Shown here in pieces: positions 19,234 to 29,869 of a DNA stretch of 64,000 nt. A model generated the notes under the pieces. The model did not search any database. It had not been told where the DNA came from and worked only from the letters and a program-made list of their open reading frames with translations. The position numbers and the translations under genes are program-made. Source of the stretch: Deltaproteobacteria bacterium (GTDB lineage Bacteria > Desulfobacterota_D > UBA1144 > Nemesobacterales > CSP1-2); NCBI GenBank assembly GCA_052390235.1, contig JBQTHB010000007.1, forward strand, positions 64,001 to 128,000, read 5' to 3'. Each line of letters opens with the position of its first letter. Position 1 is the first letter of the stretch.

Positions 19234-19812
19234 ATGAAAACAAAATTGATTGCCGCGCTAACCCTTATTTTGAGCCTTTCCATCGCCGCCGAGTGTCTCG
19301 CTAAGGTCTATATGACGCGGGATGAGGCCCTTAAAGCCGCGTTTCCCGGCGCCGAGAGTATTGAAAAAACCACTGTGTTTCTGTCCGATGAGCAGATAAA
19401 ACGCATTGAGTCCCTCGCTAGGGCGAAACTCACCTCTAAGCTCTACACTTTCTATGCCGGCGTTAAGGGCGGCGGCGCTCTCGGATGGGCAGTAATTGAC
19501 ACTCATCTGCTCAGAACTACTACTGAAACTGTTATGATAGTGATAAATCCCGACGGCACAATGAGGCAGGCTGAGATATTGGCCTTTTTCGAGCCGGAGG
19601 ACTATATGCCCAGCGGCAAGTGGATGGCTCTATTCAACGACAGGCGCATTGTCCTAGGCAACGATTCCGTGCGAGTAGGCAGGGGGATTCCCAATCTCAC
19701 CGGCGCAACTATAACAACGAACGCCATGGTTGACGCCATAAGGCGGGTGATGGCTGTGTTTGAAGTCGCGCTAGCGCCGAAAGCCGATTTAGCCGGCAGG
19801 GGGCGGAATTGA
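19234..19812 (+). CDS. Periplasmic FMN-binding protein, probable ApbE substrate
   Basis: Signal peptide; flavinylation motif [S/T]GA[S/T] as LTGATIT. Confidence 0.85.
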   Translation: MKTKLIAALTLILSLSIAAECLAKVYMTRDEALKAAFPGAESIEKTTVFLSDEQIKRIESLARAKLTSKLYTFYAGVKGGGALGWAVIDTHLLRTTTETVMIVINPDGTMRQAEILAFFEPEDYMPSGKWMALFNDRRIVLGNDSVRVGRGIPNLTGATITTNAMVDAIRRVMAVFEVALAPKADLAGRGRN

Positions 19813-19813
19813 T

Positions 19814-20311
19814 TTGAGGTTTTTCATATCGGGTGATATTCGCGCCAACAGCCTACTTAAGCTAATTATAGTATTTACGCTCGTGTTTTTTGTTTTTCTC
19901 TGGCTTACGAATCTCCTGCTATATCTTAGAATCGGCTTCAGCTACGATTCCATTGTGGATTACTACAGGGGCAACGAGGAGGCTTTTAGGCCTGCGAAAA
20001 CCTATATCGGTCTGCTGGAGGAGGCGCATTTTCATTTCTTCTCAATGGCGGTGATTCTCGTAACCCTAAATCACCTGATACTGTTCGCGCCTATAGGGAA
20101 TTTCTCAAAGCTCGTCCTCATCCTCGCGTCCTTCATATCGGCATTTGGAGACATTGCTGGGGGATGGCTCGTGCGCTACGTCGCGCCGGAGTTTGCGTGG
20201 CTAAAACTCGCATCCGTGATAACGCTTCAGGGCTCTCTTGCCGCGCTCCTGTGGGTGGTGTTTCGGTTTCTGTACTCGAAGCAAACCGAAAGGCTGAAAC
20301 GCGGCGCTTAA
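19814..20311 (+). CDS. Four-TM membrane protein with intramembrane His (possible b-type cytochrome)
   Basis: Four hydrophobic segments; EEAHFHFFSM...LNHL; TTG start 1 bp after the previous stop. Confidence 0.6.
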   Translation: MRFFISGDIRANSLLKLIIVFTLVFFVFLWLTNLLLYLRIGFSYDSIVDYYRGNEEAFRPAKTYIGLLEEAHFHFFSMAVILVTLNHLILFAPIGNFSKLVLILASFISAFGDIAGGWLVRYVAPEFAWLKLASVITLQGSLAALLWVVFRFLYSKQTERLKRGA

Positions 20312-21972
20312 TATTTGCCCGATTTGATAATTGAAAATACAATCCAAATCCCTGTGAGAGCGGCGAAGAGTATCCCCGCTACACCGAAAAATGTCCCCGC
20401 GCCAGACTCCGTAAACGCAATCAGCGCAGTGGATAAAATCGCCCCAAGAGATGCCAGAAGGGTCAGTATCAGGCGGTTAGCAATTCTCTCCCATGAGTGA
20501 GACCCCCCTCCCGCTTCCTTTGAGCCGTCCTCCACCTGCACTTTGAATTTCCCGCTCTCGAGACTATCGAGAACGTTTTTAATCTGTGGCGGGGCATCTT
20601 GGATGAAGCTCGAAATTTTTACAAACCCCTCGGCGATGTCCCTTGAAACGCGGCTGAACTCGAATCTGCTCTTGAATATCTCGACAAGGCGCTGATGAGA
20701 TTCTCTGAAAATGTTAATTTCCGGGTCAAGCCCCTTGCCCACGCCCTCCATCGTGATGAGCGCCTTGCAGATGAGCGCGTAATCGTAGGGGATTTTTATC
20801 CTGTGCCTGAGCGCGCCGCTGAAAATATCCCTCAAAAAAGCCCCAAGTTCCATGTACTTGAGCGGCTTGCCAAAATGCCTCTCGCAGATGTCAACCACGT
20901 CTGAACGGAACTCGGCCATGTCCACTTCCCGCTCTTTTATGCCGATTTTATAGAATGACTCCGCCACCTCCTCGAAATCCTCTCTGATAATTGCGAGCAG
21001 GAGCATCAGCATCTTCTCCCTTACCCCTTCGCTCACCCTGCCGGCAAGCCCTAGGTCGAGATAGACTATTCTGCCCTCCGCCGTTACGAACACATTGCCC
21101 GGATGAGGGTCGGCGTGGAAGAATCCGTCGCGGAATATCATCTGAATTACGGCGTCGAGTCCGCGTCTGGCGAGGAGAGCGGGGTCGTGTCCGGCTTTGG
21201 GGGCGTCTGTGATTTTGACCCCTTCGATAAATTCCATGGTGAGGACGCTCCTGCTGGAGAATTCCCCGTAAACCGCTGGGAAATATACCTCGGCGCTTGC
21301 GCTAAAATTCCTTCTGAACCTCTCGGCGTTGGCGGCTTCTATAGTAAAATCAAGCTCCCTCCCGATGGCGCGCTCAAACTCCCTTACGACCTTGCTTGGG
21401 CTAAAGTGCGCTGCCTCGGCAATGCTCCCCTCGGCGAGTTTTGCCATGAGGTACATGAGGCTTATATCAGCGTCAATTACGCGCTTTATTCCGGGGCGCT
21501 GGATTTTGACCGCAACCCGCGAGCCGTCCTTAAGCTCTGCGCTGTGAACCTGAGCGAGCGAGGCTGAAGCCACGGGGAGGGGGTCGAAGCGGGCGAATAT
21601 ATCATCAATACTGGCATGAAGCTCGCCTTCTACCTGTCCTCTCGCCTCGTCGAATGAGAAGGGAGAGACGCAGTCCTGGAGCTTTGAAAACTCCTCGGCA
21701 TAGTCCGGCGGTATAAGCTCGGGGCGAGTGCTGAGGATTTGACCGAGCTTTATGAACGTGGGCCCAAGCTCTTCAAGGGAGCGTCTGAGGCGCTCAGGCT
21801 TAGACACCGCCCCGCCGCTTTTGGGTTCGGGGATTGCCGATTCCGAGAAAAGCGACTCCCTTAAGCCGAGCGAGTCAATCAGGTGTCCGTAGCCGTACTT
21901 TGCCAAAACCGAGAATATCTGCCTTAGCCTTTTGGTGTCTTTGATTATCCCAAGCGAGAGATTGCCGTTCAA
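20308..21972 (-). CDS. UbiB/AarF (ABC1) family atypical kinase
   Basis: LGPTFIKLGQ, ASASLAQVH, VAVKIQRP, FFHADPHPGN, LDLG; C-terminal TMs. Confidence 0.9.
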   Translation of the reverse strand: MNGNLSLGIIKDTKRLRQIFSVLAKYGYGHLIDSLGLRESLFSESAIPEPKSGGAVSKPERLRRSLEELGPTFIKLGQILSTRPELIPPDYAEEFSKLQDCVSPFSFDEARGQVEGELHASIDDIFARFDPLPVASASLAQVHSAELKDGSRVAVKIQRPGIKRVIDADISLMYLMAKLAEGSIAEAAHFSPSKVVREFERAIGRELDFTIEAANAERFRRNFSASAEVYFPAVYGEFSSRSVLTMEFIEGVKITDAPKAGHDPALLARRGLDAVIQMIFRDGFFHADPHPGNVFVTAEGRIVYLDLGLAGRVSEGVREKMLMLLLAIIREDFEEVAESFYKIGIKEREVDMAEFRSDVVDICERHFGKPLKYMELGAFLRDIFSGALRHRIKIPYDYALICKALITMEGVGKGLDPEINIFRESHQRLVEIFKSRFEFSRVSRDIAEGFVKISSFIQDAPPQIKNVLDSLESGKFKVQVEDGSKEAGGGSHSWERIANRLILTLLASLGAILSTALIAFTESGAGTFFGVAGILFAALTGIWIVFSIIKSGKY

Positions 21973-21977
21973 AATTT

Positions 21978-23249
21978 TTATTCGATTCCAAGTTTCCTGC
22001 GGAGTTTCGTTACGTCAAAGTACGGCTCGCCGTGGTCTCTGGAGTAATTATATAGGCTCTCAAGTTCGTCAAGTATGGATTCGAGCTTCTGCCTTCCGGA
22101 TTTTGTGCCAGCGGCTTCATTTGGGGTTTTGCCGTCAAGGTCTCCAAGGGGCTTATGCACCCACTCATCGTAATAGGCATCAAACTCGGAGTCGGGTTTT
22201 TTATCAGCGGCGCTTTTCCTTTTCTTCCGGGGGGATTTTATCTTGGGCGAGGCATCGGGTGTTGCGATTTTATCCGCGATGTAGGTGATGGCATCTTTGA
22301 GGGTTTCATCTATTAGATTCTTTATTTTTGAGAGCGACTCTGCGGAATGGCACTGAACCAGTAGTTTATCGGGTTCTAGTTCGATGCTTCCCAGAAGCTC
22401 TGCCGCGCCGCCCCCTCTGCGCCACGAGAAAACTCTCAGGTCGTCCGTGCCGCCTTTGATTTCCTCGAGAGAGGGTATTTTTCTAATCTCCCTCAGGGCT
22501 TTTGCGTAGTTCTCAACGCTGTAGGTGGCGCTTGCGAAGATGAGCGCGTCCCCATCGGGGGTGAGGAATTTCGGGTTTTTAGCCGCCTCCTCTACAAAGT
22601 GGGAGATTAGAAATCCCCAGTCCTTGAGGTATTCCTTTGCCGATTTGCGGCTTCCGAAGGTTTTTCTGTACTCTCTGAATTCGTTTTGAAAAAAGTCGAG
22701 GATGAGGGGCTTGAGCGGCGCGGGATAAACCATTATGACGGATGCAAAATGGCAGCTAGAACCGGTTTTAAGCGCTCTGCCCTCGACGATACTCCCTGCC
22801 GAGATTTGCCCCGCCGCCGCCTCGCTAATTCTCAGCGCCTCGCCGGTGAAGATGTCGCGCCCTGTAAATCCCTTGTTGGCGGTTACCTCCTCGACCTCAA
22901 AAAAACTGTGGATATTTGCCGCCCACTCGCCGAGAAGCGCCCTTTCAATTTTAGATAGATTTTCACTCTCCCCCTCGCCGAACGCCTCTATAACCCTTTT
23001 GCCCGAATCGAGGAGTTTAAAATCGTAAATGAACCAATCGAAAAATCTGGTGAACGTGAGGTCGTCAATCTGGTCTTCGCGGATTTTTGATTTGACCAGG
23101 CTCGCGTTTCCTTTCCAGATATAAAATGCCTCGCCAATTTGAGCCTGTATTTCGGGGCGGCGAGAGAACTCGACGAGCTTCGCCCTGAGTTCCTTATCCG
23201 CCTGCTCGAATTTGTACTGATTCAGGTCAATTATCGGGGCGTCCTTCAT
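21978..23249 (-). CDS. Conserved hypothetical protein with C-terminal MbcA/ParS-like motif (likely start 23249)
   Basis: FFDWFIYD, SFFEV, WVHKPLGDLDGKTP; the longer TTG start coincides with the -35 box. Confidence 0.55.
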   Translation of the reverse strand: MKDAPIIDLNQYKFEQADKELRAKLVEFSRRPEIQAQIGEAFYIWKGNASLVKSKIREDQIDDLTFTRFFDWFIYDFKLLDSGKRVIEAFGEGESENLSKIERALLGEWAANIHSFFEVEEVTANKGFTGRDIFTGEALRISEAAAGQISAGSIVEGRALKTGSSCHFASVIMVYPAPLKPLILDFFQNEFREYRKTFGSRKSAKEYLKDWGFLISHFVEEAAKNPKFLTPDGDALIFASATYSVENYAKALREIRKIPSLEEIKGGTDDLRVFSWRRGGGAAELLGSIELEPDKLLVQCHSAESLSKIKNLIDETLKDAITYIADKIATPDASPKIKSPRKKRKSAADKKPDSEFDAYYDEWVHKPLGDLDGKTPNEAAGTKSGRQKLESILDELESLYNYSRDHGEPYFDVTKLRRKLGIE

Positions 23250-23281
23250 GGGAATTAAATTATATGACCGCAAGCCGAGTG

Positions 23282-23752
23282 TCAATCTTGGGGCTGGCCG
23301 CCAAAAAGGCTCTCCAGCGCGGCTCTGCGGTAGTCAAAAATCCGGTTCAACTCCCCCTTGACGATGAGTTTATTGATAAAATCTCCGGCTATTCCAAATC
23401 CGATGGCGTAGTGAACTATGTCGTCCATTTCAACCCCTCCGTCTGTTTCATGAAACAGGTGCGCGTGATGCCAAAATCTGTAGGGGCCAAATCTCTGCTC
23501 ATCTACAAACAGATGCGGCTCTACAACGTGAGTAATTTCCGTAACCCAGCTTACGGGGATGGAGAAAAAGGGGCTCACGGTGTAGGTGAGGATTGAGCCG
23601 GGATAGATTTTTACAGGAGTATTGGAGGTTATTTTAAGTCCCAGCGATTTCGGGGTTATGTCGGGCAGATTTCTAGGGTCTGAGAAAAAATCCCACGCCT
23701 TTTTAACTGATATATCGAGGCGCTGACGTCTCTCGAGGCGATGGATTTTCAT
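23282..23752 (-). CDS. SRPBCC family protein
   Basis: AWDFFSDPRNL..ITP, WVTEIT, FVDEQRFGPY..WHH.H, IFDYR. Confidence 0.85.
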   Translation of the reverse strand: MKIHRLERRQRLDISVKKAWDFFSDPRNLPDITPKSLGLKITSNTPVKIYPGSILTYTVSPFFSIPVSWVTEITHVVEPHLFVDEQRFGPYRFWHHAHLFHETDGGVEMDDIVHYAIGFGIAGDFINKLIVKGELNRIFDYRRAALESLFGGQPQD

Positions 23753-23801
23753 CTATAGCGAGATTCCTGCGCGATGTGCGCGGTGATTTGCTCTCTGCTC
23801 C

Positions 23802-25001
23802 CTACTTCATAGAGTCCGAATCTGGAGGATTAGCTAGCCCTATCCATCCCCAAATTAATATAAGCGCGACGCTCGCAACTATCGGTAGCCTGTGATTCGC
23901 GTCATAGAGAATGCCGGCGAGCATCCCCCCGACGGCGGAGCCTAAAAATCCGGCGAGATTATAAAATCCAGTTGCCGAGCCGCGCTGCGCGGGGTTTACC
24001 CTCTGCGTCAGGAACGCGGGCAGAAGCGATTGAAACAGCGTGTGCCCGAGGAAGAACACTATTCCCGTCCCAAGGAGCGTCCATCTGTGAGCCCCGCCAA
24101 CGAGATAGGCAACAAAACTCAGTACGAGAAAAACCCAGCCCAAAAGGGACGGTATCCTGAGTTTTCCCCTTTTTTCTGCGCGCCTCACGTAGGGAAACAC
24201 GAAAAGAGCCGTGGGTAGCAGAAGTATGAGGTAAACCTTCCAGAGGCTCTCCCCGCCAACGCCGATTTCGCTCCAACTGAGCGGATATATGAAGAGGAAT
24301 ACGTTCAGCGCGAGGGCGATGATAAACGAGGCGAGATAGAGCTTTTTTATCTCTGAGTCGTTAATTAGCCCTGAGAACTGTGATTTCCATCCTGCGTTTG
24401 AGGATTTCGCCGAGCCGATTTCGGGGAAATAGAGCGCCGTTACAATCATCGAAAAAACGCTGAGCGCGGCAAGAGCGTAGAACAGGCTATGAAACCCGAA
24501 ACGCGATGCGATAATGGGCCCACCCAAAAGCCCCACGATGAAAGAAACCCCGATGGCGATGCCGCTTATGGTGAAAGCCTGCGCGCGCACCTGAGGTCTC
24601 GTTAAATCCCCCAAAGCCGCCATTGCCACAGCGCCTACAGCCCCGCTTCCCTGGAGGACGCGCGCGAGAATAAGCTGGTTGATATTCTCGGCTAATCCGC
24701 AGACGACGCTCCCCAGAGCCAGTATGAATAGCCCGAAGAGGATGACCGGCTTTCTGCCAAACCTGTCGCTCGCCCATCCGAAGGGTATTTGTAGAAAGCT
24801 CTGCGCGAGGGCGTAGATGCCAAACGCAATGCCGGCGAGGCTGACAGTCGCTCCGGGGTACTGCACGGCGTAGGTGCTGAATATGGGCAGAATGAGAAAT
24901 ATGCCCAGAAGCCGCAGGGCGATGATGAGGCTGGTTATCGTAACTGCCTGCTTTTCTTGATGAGTTAGCTTTGAGTCGGGGTTCAGGGTGGTGTCCGCCA
25001 T
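23802..25001 (-). CDS. MFS transporter (YajR-like)
   Basis: LRLLGIFLILP, QIPFGWASDRFGRKP, RVLQGSGA; about 12 TM. Confidence 0.88.
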   Translation of the reverse strand: MADTTLNPDSKLTHQEKQAVTITSLIIALRLLGIFLILPIFSTYAVQYPGATVSLAGIAFGIYALAQSFLQIPFGWASDRFGRKPVILFGLFILALGSVVCGLAENINQLILARVLQGSGAVGAVAMAALGDLTRPQVRAQAFTISGIAIGVSFIVGLLGGPIIASRFGFHSLFYALAALSVFSMIVTALYFPEIGSAKSSNAGWKSQFSGLINDSEIKKLYLASFIIALALNVFLFIYPLSWSEIGVGGESLWKVYLILLLPTALFVFPYVRRAEKRGKLRIPSLLGWVFLVLSFVAYLVGGAHRWTLLGTGIVFFLGHTLFQSLLPAFLTQRVNPAQRGSATGFYNLAGFLGSAVGGMLAGILYDANHRLPIVASVALILIWGWIGLANPPDSDSMK

Positions 25002-25134
25002 TGGGGATTGAAGGGATTTGTCCGGCTAAGGGGCCAGCGCATAGTTAATTTACCATATCGGGCGGGTAATTAAAGTTCCCCCCCCGCTCCTCAGTATTTG
25101 CTTACGCGCCCGTGGTTGGTTAGTTTAGTCTCTC

Positions 25135-26304
25135 ATGAACCGAGACGAATTGAACGGAAAACCGCTTGCGTCCTACCGCGAGGAGTTTTCGATAACTGAA
25201 AAACGCCTATATCTCGACCATGCCGGAGTCGCCCCGCTACCGAGTAGGGTCAAGCGCGCAGTCGAGGGATTTATTGAATCTGCGTCCGACGATGCGATGT
25301 TTGCCTACGACACTTGGACGGCAAAGGTTGAAGAGGTCAGGGGGGCGGCGGCGCGGTTGATTAACGCCGAGCCGCAAGACGTTGCGTTTCTCAAGAACAC
25401 ATCGCACGGGCTGTCCATTATAGCCGAGGGGCTGGATTGGCGGGAGGGGGACAACGTCATCATCGCCGAGCGGGATTTTCCCTCGAATCTCTACCCGTGG
25501 CTTCATCTGAAGCGAAAGGGGGTTGAGGCGAGGAGCGTTAAGCCGCGGGGAGTCGAAATCTGCGTTGAGGACGTTGCCGCGCTCATGGACGAGCGCACGA
25601 GGGTCGTGAGCATAAGCTCGGTGCAGTTTTGGAGCGGCTACAGGGTGAATCTCAAAAAGCTGGGCGCGCTTTGCAGGGAGCGCGGCGCGCTTTTCTGCCT
25701 TGACGCCATTCAGAGTCTCGGCGTCGTGCCAACTGACGTTCGGGATTTAGGGGTTGATGTTCTCTCGGCGGACGGGCATAAGTGGCTACTTGCGCCGGAG
25801 GGGACTGCGATATTCTACTGCAAAAGGGAATTGGCAGAACGCGTCCCGCCGATGCTTGTGGGCTGGAAGAGCATCCAAAACGAACTCGACTACGATAACT
25901 TTGATTTCTCTCTCAAGCCGAGCGCGCTTAAGTACGAGGAGGGGTCGCTCAACGTCATGGGGATTTACGCCCTCGGAGCGGCGCTTGAGCTTCTCGCCGA
26001 GGTCGGAGCAGATAGGGTTTACGCCGGAGTGATTGAGCTTGGGGGGGTAATTATGGATGAAGCCGAAAAAAGGGGGTTTCACGTGAGAACCCCCCGAAAC
26101 CCCGACGAGCGCGCGGGGATAATATCGTTCACGGGCGAATTTGACCCTCTCCTGCTGAAAGAGACACTCAAGGAGCGGGGAATTATGATAAATGTCAGGG
26201 GAGGGGGCGTGCGCGTGTCTCCTCATTTCTATAACGACGAGCGGGATATTGAGAGGTTATTTGACGGAATAGACGAATCCCTAAAATCCCTCGCCATGCG
26301 CTGA
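25135..26304 (+). CDS. Class V PLP-dependent aminotransferase (cysteine desulfurase-like fold)
   Basis: YLDHAGVAP, NTSHG, DAIQSLG, DGHKWLLAPEG, RVSPHFYN. Confidence 0.85.
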   Translation: MNRDELNGKPLASYREEFSITEKRLYLDHAGVAPLPSRVKRAVEGFIESASDDAMFAYDTWTAKVEEVRGAAARLINAEPQDVAFLKNTSHGLSIIAEGLDWREGDNVIIAERDFPSNLYPWLHLKRKGVEARSVKPRGVEICVEDVAALMDERTRVVSISSVQFWSGYRVNLKKLGALCRERGALFCLDAIQSLGVVPTDVRDLGVDVLSADGHKWLLAPEGTAIFYCKRELAERVPPMLVGWKSIQNELDYDNFDFSLKPSALKYEEGSLNVMGIYALGAALELLAEVGADRVYAGVIELGGVIMDEAEKRGFHVRTPRNPDERAGIISFTGEFDPLLLKETLKERGIMINVRGGGVRVSPHFYNDERDIERLFDGIDESLKSLAMR

Positions 26305-26360
26305 AACCGGTTTGCGTTTCTGGAGTTAAAATTAACAAACTAAAAATCTGCGAGGATAAG

Positions 26361-26900
26361 ATGAAAATTCACAAGCGTCCGATGTTCTTCGGGTTGATAC
26401 TATTGGCTTTTTTTACCCTGACCTCCTGCGCCGGCTATCAAACCGTGGGACAGCCCCTGCCGCCTCCTGCGCCCCTGCCCGTCCCCGACGAGCCGGTGAT
26501 TTCTGAATCCCCAACGGAGCTAAAAATTCAGCTCGACGGCGACGTTCTCTTTGATTTTGACAGAGCGATAATCCGTCCCAAAGCCGATGCTGTGCTTGAG
26601 CAAGTCGCCGAGATTATCAAGCAGTATCAAAACCCCGATATTCTCATCGGGGGGCATACCGACTCCAGAGGCGAAGAGAACTATAACCTCGACCTCTCCG
26701 ACAGGCGCGCCGTTGCCGTTAAGGACTGGCTCATAAAAAAGGGCAGGGTGTCGGGAAGAATAGTTACCCGCGGATACGGCGAGCTTAAACCCGTAGCCCC
26801 GAACGAAAATCCAGACGGAAGCGACAACCCCGAAGGTAGGCAGTCGAACCGCCGAGTGGAAATTATCGTGAAAAAAGAGACTTTCTCGCCGAAAAGCTAG
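26361..26900 (+). CDS. OmpA-family peptidoglycan-binding lipoprotein
   Basis: LTSC lipobox, DVLFDFD, GHTDS, NLDLSDRRA, NRRVEI. Confidence 0.9.
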   Translation: MKIHKRPMFFGLILLAFFTLTSCAGYQTVGQPLPPPAPLPVPDEPVISESPTELKIQLDGDVLFDFDRAIIRPKADAVLEQVAEIIKQYQNPDILIGGHTDSRGEENYNLDLSDRRAVAVKDWLIKKGRVSGRIVTRGYGELKPVAPNENPDGSDNPEGRQSNRRVEIIVKKETFSPKS

Positions 26901-26950
26901 ACAATCCAATTGGGGGATGAGAGGCGAGGCGCTCTTTACCTCTCCCCTCC

Positions 26951-27964
26951 CTACGGTTTTTTGGAGCCGGAATCAGAGACCCTGCCCGCGATTTTATCGA
27001 GAGCCTCATCAACCGTAATCTCGTTTTTATCCGCCGCTTTTTTGACGGAGGCTAAAATTTCATTCGTCGCCCCGGCTTCCGGCAATTTCGTGGCTTCCCC
27101 CGCGCTGATGCTCACATTCGAGGTTGGCATCTCGATACCGCGCTGGTCGAAGGCGTTTTTGATTCTGCGCCTCAGTTCCCTGCCCACATCCCACTGCTTC
27201 ATGGGCTGGGTTTTAACCAGGCATCTGACCACGACCTCCGAGGGCCCAAATCTGTCAACGCCCAAAACAAGAGGCGGCTCTAGGATGAACGAGGCGAAAT
27301 TCTCGTCCTTTGATAATTTCTCGCCGACCTCTCTTATGACCCGCATCACATAGTCAATGTTTTCCTTGTAGCCCACGCCTACGTCTATCACGCACCTAGA
27401 CCAGCCCATGCTCTTGTTGCCGAGCGTGCTTATCGTGCCATTGGGAAATACATAGACCGTCCCTTCGATGTCTCTCACTACAATGGTTCTGAGGTTTATC
27501 TCTTCCACAGAGCCGCTCACGCCGTTTATAACGACGGCGTCCCCGATGCGCACTTGGTTCTCCATGATGATGAAAAATCCGCTGATGATGTCCCGCACGA
27601 GGTTCTGAGAGCCAAAACCGACGGCTAAGCCTAGGATTCCCGCTCCTGCAATTATGGGGGCGATGTCCACCCCGACCTCTTTGAATATCATCATAAAGGC
27701 GATGATAAAAACGGCGACAGTAGCCGCTTTTCTGAGCAGATTTCCGAGGGTTTTTATCCTTTTTTCGGTCTCAATGGCGGATGTGAACCCGCCCTCTTTG
27801 CGTGCAGCGAGGGCTTCAACCCTTCCCACTAGAGTCGAGAGGAATTTGAGCGCGATATAGGCGGCGGCGGCGATAATGAGGATTCTCAAGCCAGAAGCGG
27901 CGGCTGTGGCGGTGGCGGCGCTCAGAGCATCATGGGATAACAAATTTGACAGCAAACCGGACAT
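26951..27964 (-). CDS. Small-conductance mechanosensitive channel (MscS family)
   Basis: AGILGLAVGFGSQNLVRDIISG, GSVEEINLRT, FPNG. Confidence 0.9.
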   Translation of the reverse strand: MSGLLSNLLSHDALSAATATAAASGLRILIIAAAAYIALKFLSTLVGRVEALAARKEGGFTSAIETEKRIKTLGNLLRKAATVAVFIIAFMMIFKEVGVDIAPIIAGAGILGLAVGFGSQNLVRDIISGFFIIMENQVRIGDAVVINGVSGSVEEINLRTIVVRDIEGTVYVFPNGTISTLGNKSMGWSRCVIDVGVGYKENIDYVMRVIREVGEKLSKDENFASFILEPPLVLGVDRFGPSEVVVRCLVKTQPMKQWDVGRELRRRIKNAFDQRGIEMPTSNVSISAGEATKLPEAGATNEILASVKKAADKNEITVDEALDKIAGRVSDSGSKKP

Positions 27965-28133
27965 TCTCTCGGATTTACCTCCTTAGCTGATTTGCCGGCC
28001 GGAGCTTGAAACGGCTTCAGGGCAGATGAGCCGCTGGGGGGTTAATTTTCTCGGCAATTATAACCACAGCGTCTCGATTAACCAAATCCCCGTGAATTTG
28101 CAACTCCCTTTGCGGTGATATAAAATCCCCTCC

Positions 28134-29204
28134 ATGGCTGGAAATTCATTCGGGCAGGTTTTTCGCATTACCACTTGGGGCGAGTCCCATGGGGCGGCTC
28201 TGGGGGTCGTCGTTGACGGCTGTCCTGCGGGGCTTCTGATAGAGGAGGCGGATATTCAACTCGAATTAGACCGCCGCCGTCCCGGGCAAAGCGCCCTCAC
28301 CACCCAGAGAAAAGAGGCGGACAGGGTCGAAATCCTATCCGGCGTGTTTCAGGGAAAAACCCTCGGCACTCCAATCGCCCTTCTCGTGAGAAACGAAGAC
28401 GCCATCTCGAAATCCTACGAGGATATAAGGGATATTTACCGCCCAGGACATGCCGATTTTACATATGACGCCAAGTACGGATTCCGGGACTATAGGGGCG
28501 GAGGCAGGTCTTCGGCTAGGGAGACCGTAGGCAGAGTCGCCGCCGCCGCAATAGCCAAAAAAATTCTCAATCTCCACGGAATTACAACTACGGGCTACGT
28601 CAGGCAAATAGGAAACATCATTGCCGAGCGAATTGATTTTGACTACATCGAGCAGAACCCCGCCAGATGTCCAGACCCGGATAAAGCGGCGCAGATGGCG
28701 AAACTCATTGATACGGTCAGGCGCGAGGGGGATTCCATAGGGGGCATAGTTGAGGTCGTCTCGAGAGGAGTACCCGAAGGGTTGGGAGACCCGGTGTTCC
28801 ATAAAATTGACGCAGACCTCGCGGCGGGGCTTATGAGCATAGGCGGAATCAGGGCGTTTGAGGTCGGAATGGGTTTCGGCGTTGCGAGCAAAAGGGGGTC
28901 TGAGGTAAACGACCTGATGTACTCAGATGATTCGGGCAACCTCGGATTTATGACGAATAATTCGGGCGGCATCCTCGGCGGCATCACGAGCGGGGCTGAG
29001 ATGGTCGTGAGAATTGCTGTAAAGCCCACGTCCTCCATCCCAAAGGTGCAAAAAACCGTTGATAGGTTCGGCAATCCGGCGGATTTAGTCGTCAAGGGCA
29101 GACACGACCCGTGCCTGTGTCCTAGAGCCGTGCCGATAGCCGAGGCGATGGTGAATCTGGTGCTGGCGGATCATCTACTGATGTCCAAAATTGCGAGAAT
29201 CTAG
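28134..29204 (+). CDS. aroC: Chorismate synthase
   Basis: TWGESHG, RRRPGQ, RPGHAD, RSSARET, GGILGGI, KPTSSI, GRHDPC. Confidence 0.97.
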   Translation: MAGNSFGQVFRITTWGESHGAALGVVVDGCPAGLLIEEADIQLELDRRRPGQSALTTQRKEADRVEILSGVFQGKTLGTPIALLVRNEDAISKSYEDIRDIYRPGHADFTYDAKYGFRDYRGGGRSSARETVGRVAAAAIAKKILNLHGITTTGYVRQIGNIIAERIDFDYIEQNPARCPDPDKAAQMAKLIDTVRREGDSIGGIVEVVSRGVPEGLGDPVFHKIDADLAAGLMSIGGIRAFEVGMGFGVASKRGSEVNDLMYSDDSGNLGFMTNNSGGILGGITSGAEMVVRIAVKPTSSIPKVQKTVDRFGNPADLVVKGRHDPCLCPRAVPIAEAMVNLVLADHLLMSKIARI

Positions 29205-29294
29205 CTGGGGCTAGATCTGTCATATATCGCAAGGTGAACTATCTAAAATTTACGGATGCGATAATTCGAGGCAAAAAATCTTTTGGAGGCAGTC

Positions 29295-29819
29295 ATGAGG
29301 CTCAAGGGTAAAAAAGCCGTCGTGCTGGCGGAAAATATTTATGAGGATTTAGAACTCTGGTATCCGTACTACCGCCTCAGGGAAGAGGGCGCCGAGGTTC
29401 TCATCGCAGGCACTGGAAGCTCCGAGACTTACACGGGCAAGCACGGCTATCCGCTCAAGGTCAATACCTCGGCGGATAAAGTCCGGGCAGAGGATTTCGA
29501 CTGCGTGATAATCCCTGGCGGCTATGCTCCCGACCATATGCGCCGCTATCCTGCGGTGCTGAATTTGGTCAAGGGCGCGTTGGAGCGAGGCGCTGTAGTC
29601 GGGGCAATATGCCATGCCGGATGGGTGCTGGTCTCGGCAAACGTGCTGAAAGGCAGAAAAGTAACGTGCTACGTCGCCATTAAAGACGATATAATTAACG
29701 CCGGAGCCGAGTACACGGACGCCGAAGTTATCAGAGACGGCAATCTCATTACGTCCAGAAGACCGGCCGATTTGCCCGCTTTCATGCGTGAGATTATTGC
29801 CGCCATGAGCGGGTCGTGA
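29295..29819 (+). CDS. PfpI/DJ-1 family protein
   Basis: EDLEL, IPGG, AICHAG, ITSR.PADL; SD GGAGG before ATG 29295. Confidence 0.9.
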   Translation: MRLKGKKAVVLAENIYEDLELWYPYYRLREEGAEVLIAGTGSSETYTGKHGYPLKVNTSADKVRAEDFDCVIIPGGYAPDHMRRYPAVLNLVKGALERGAVVGAICHAGWVLVSANVLKGRKVTCYVAIKDDIINAGAEYTDAEVIRDGNLITSRRPADLPAFMREIIAAMSGS

Positions 29820-29869
29820 GGGCGGCGCGCTTTCTTGACAATCAGTGCGTATAACATAGTCTATTAACA

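Noticed and set aside
21978..23249. Toxin-antitoxin module (MbcA/ParS-like C-terminus)
   Set aside because: No RES toxin neighbour; the motif is the tail of a 423-aa protein.
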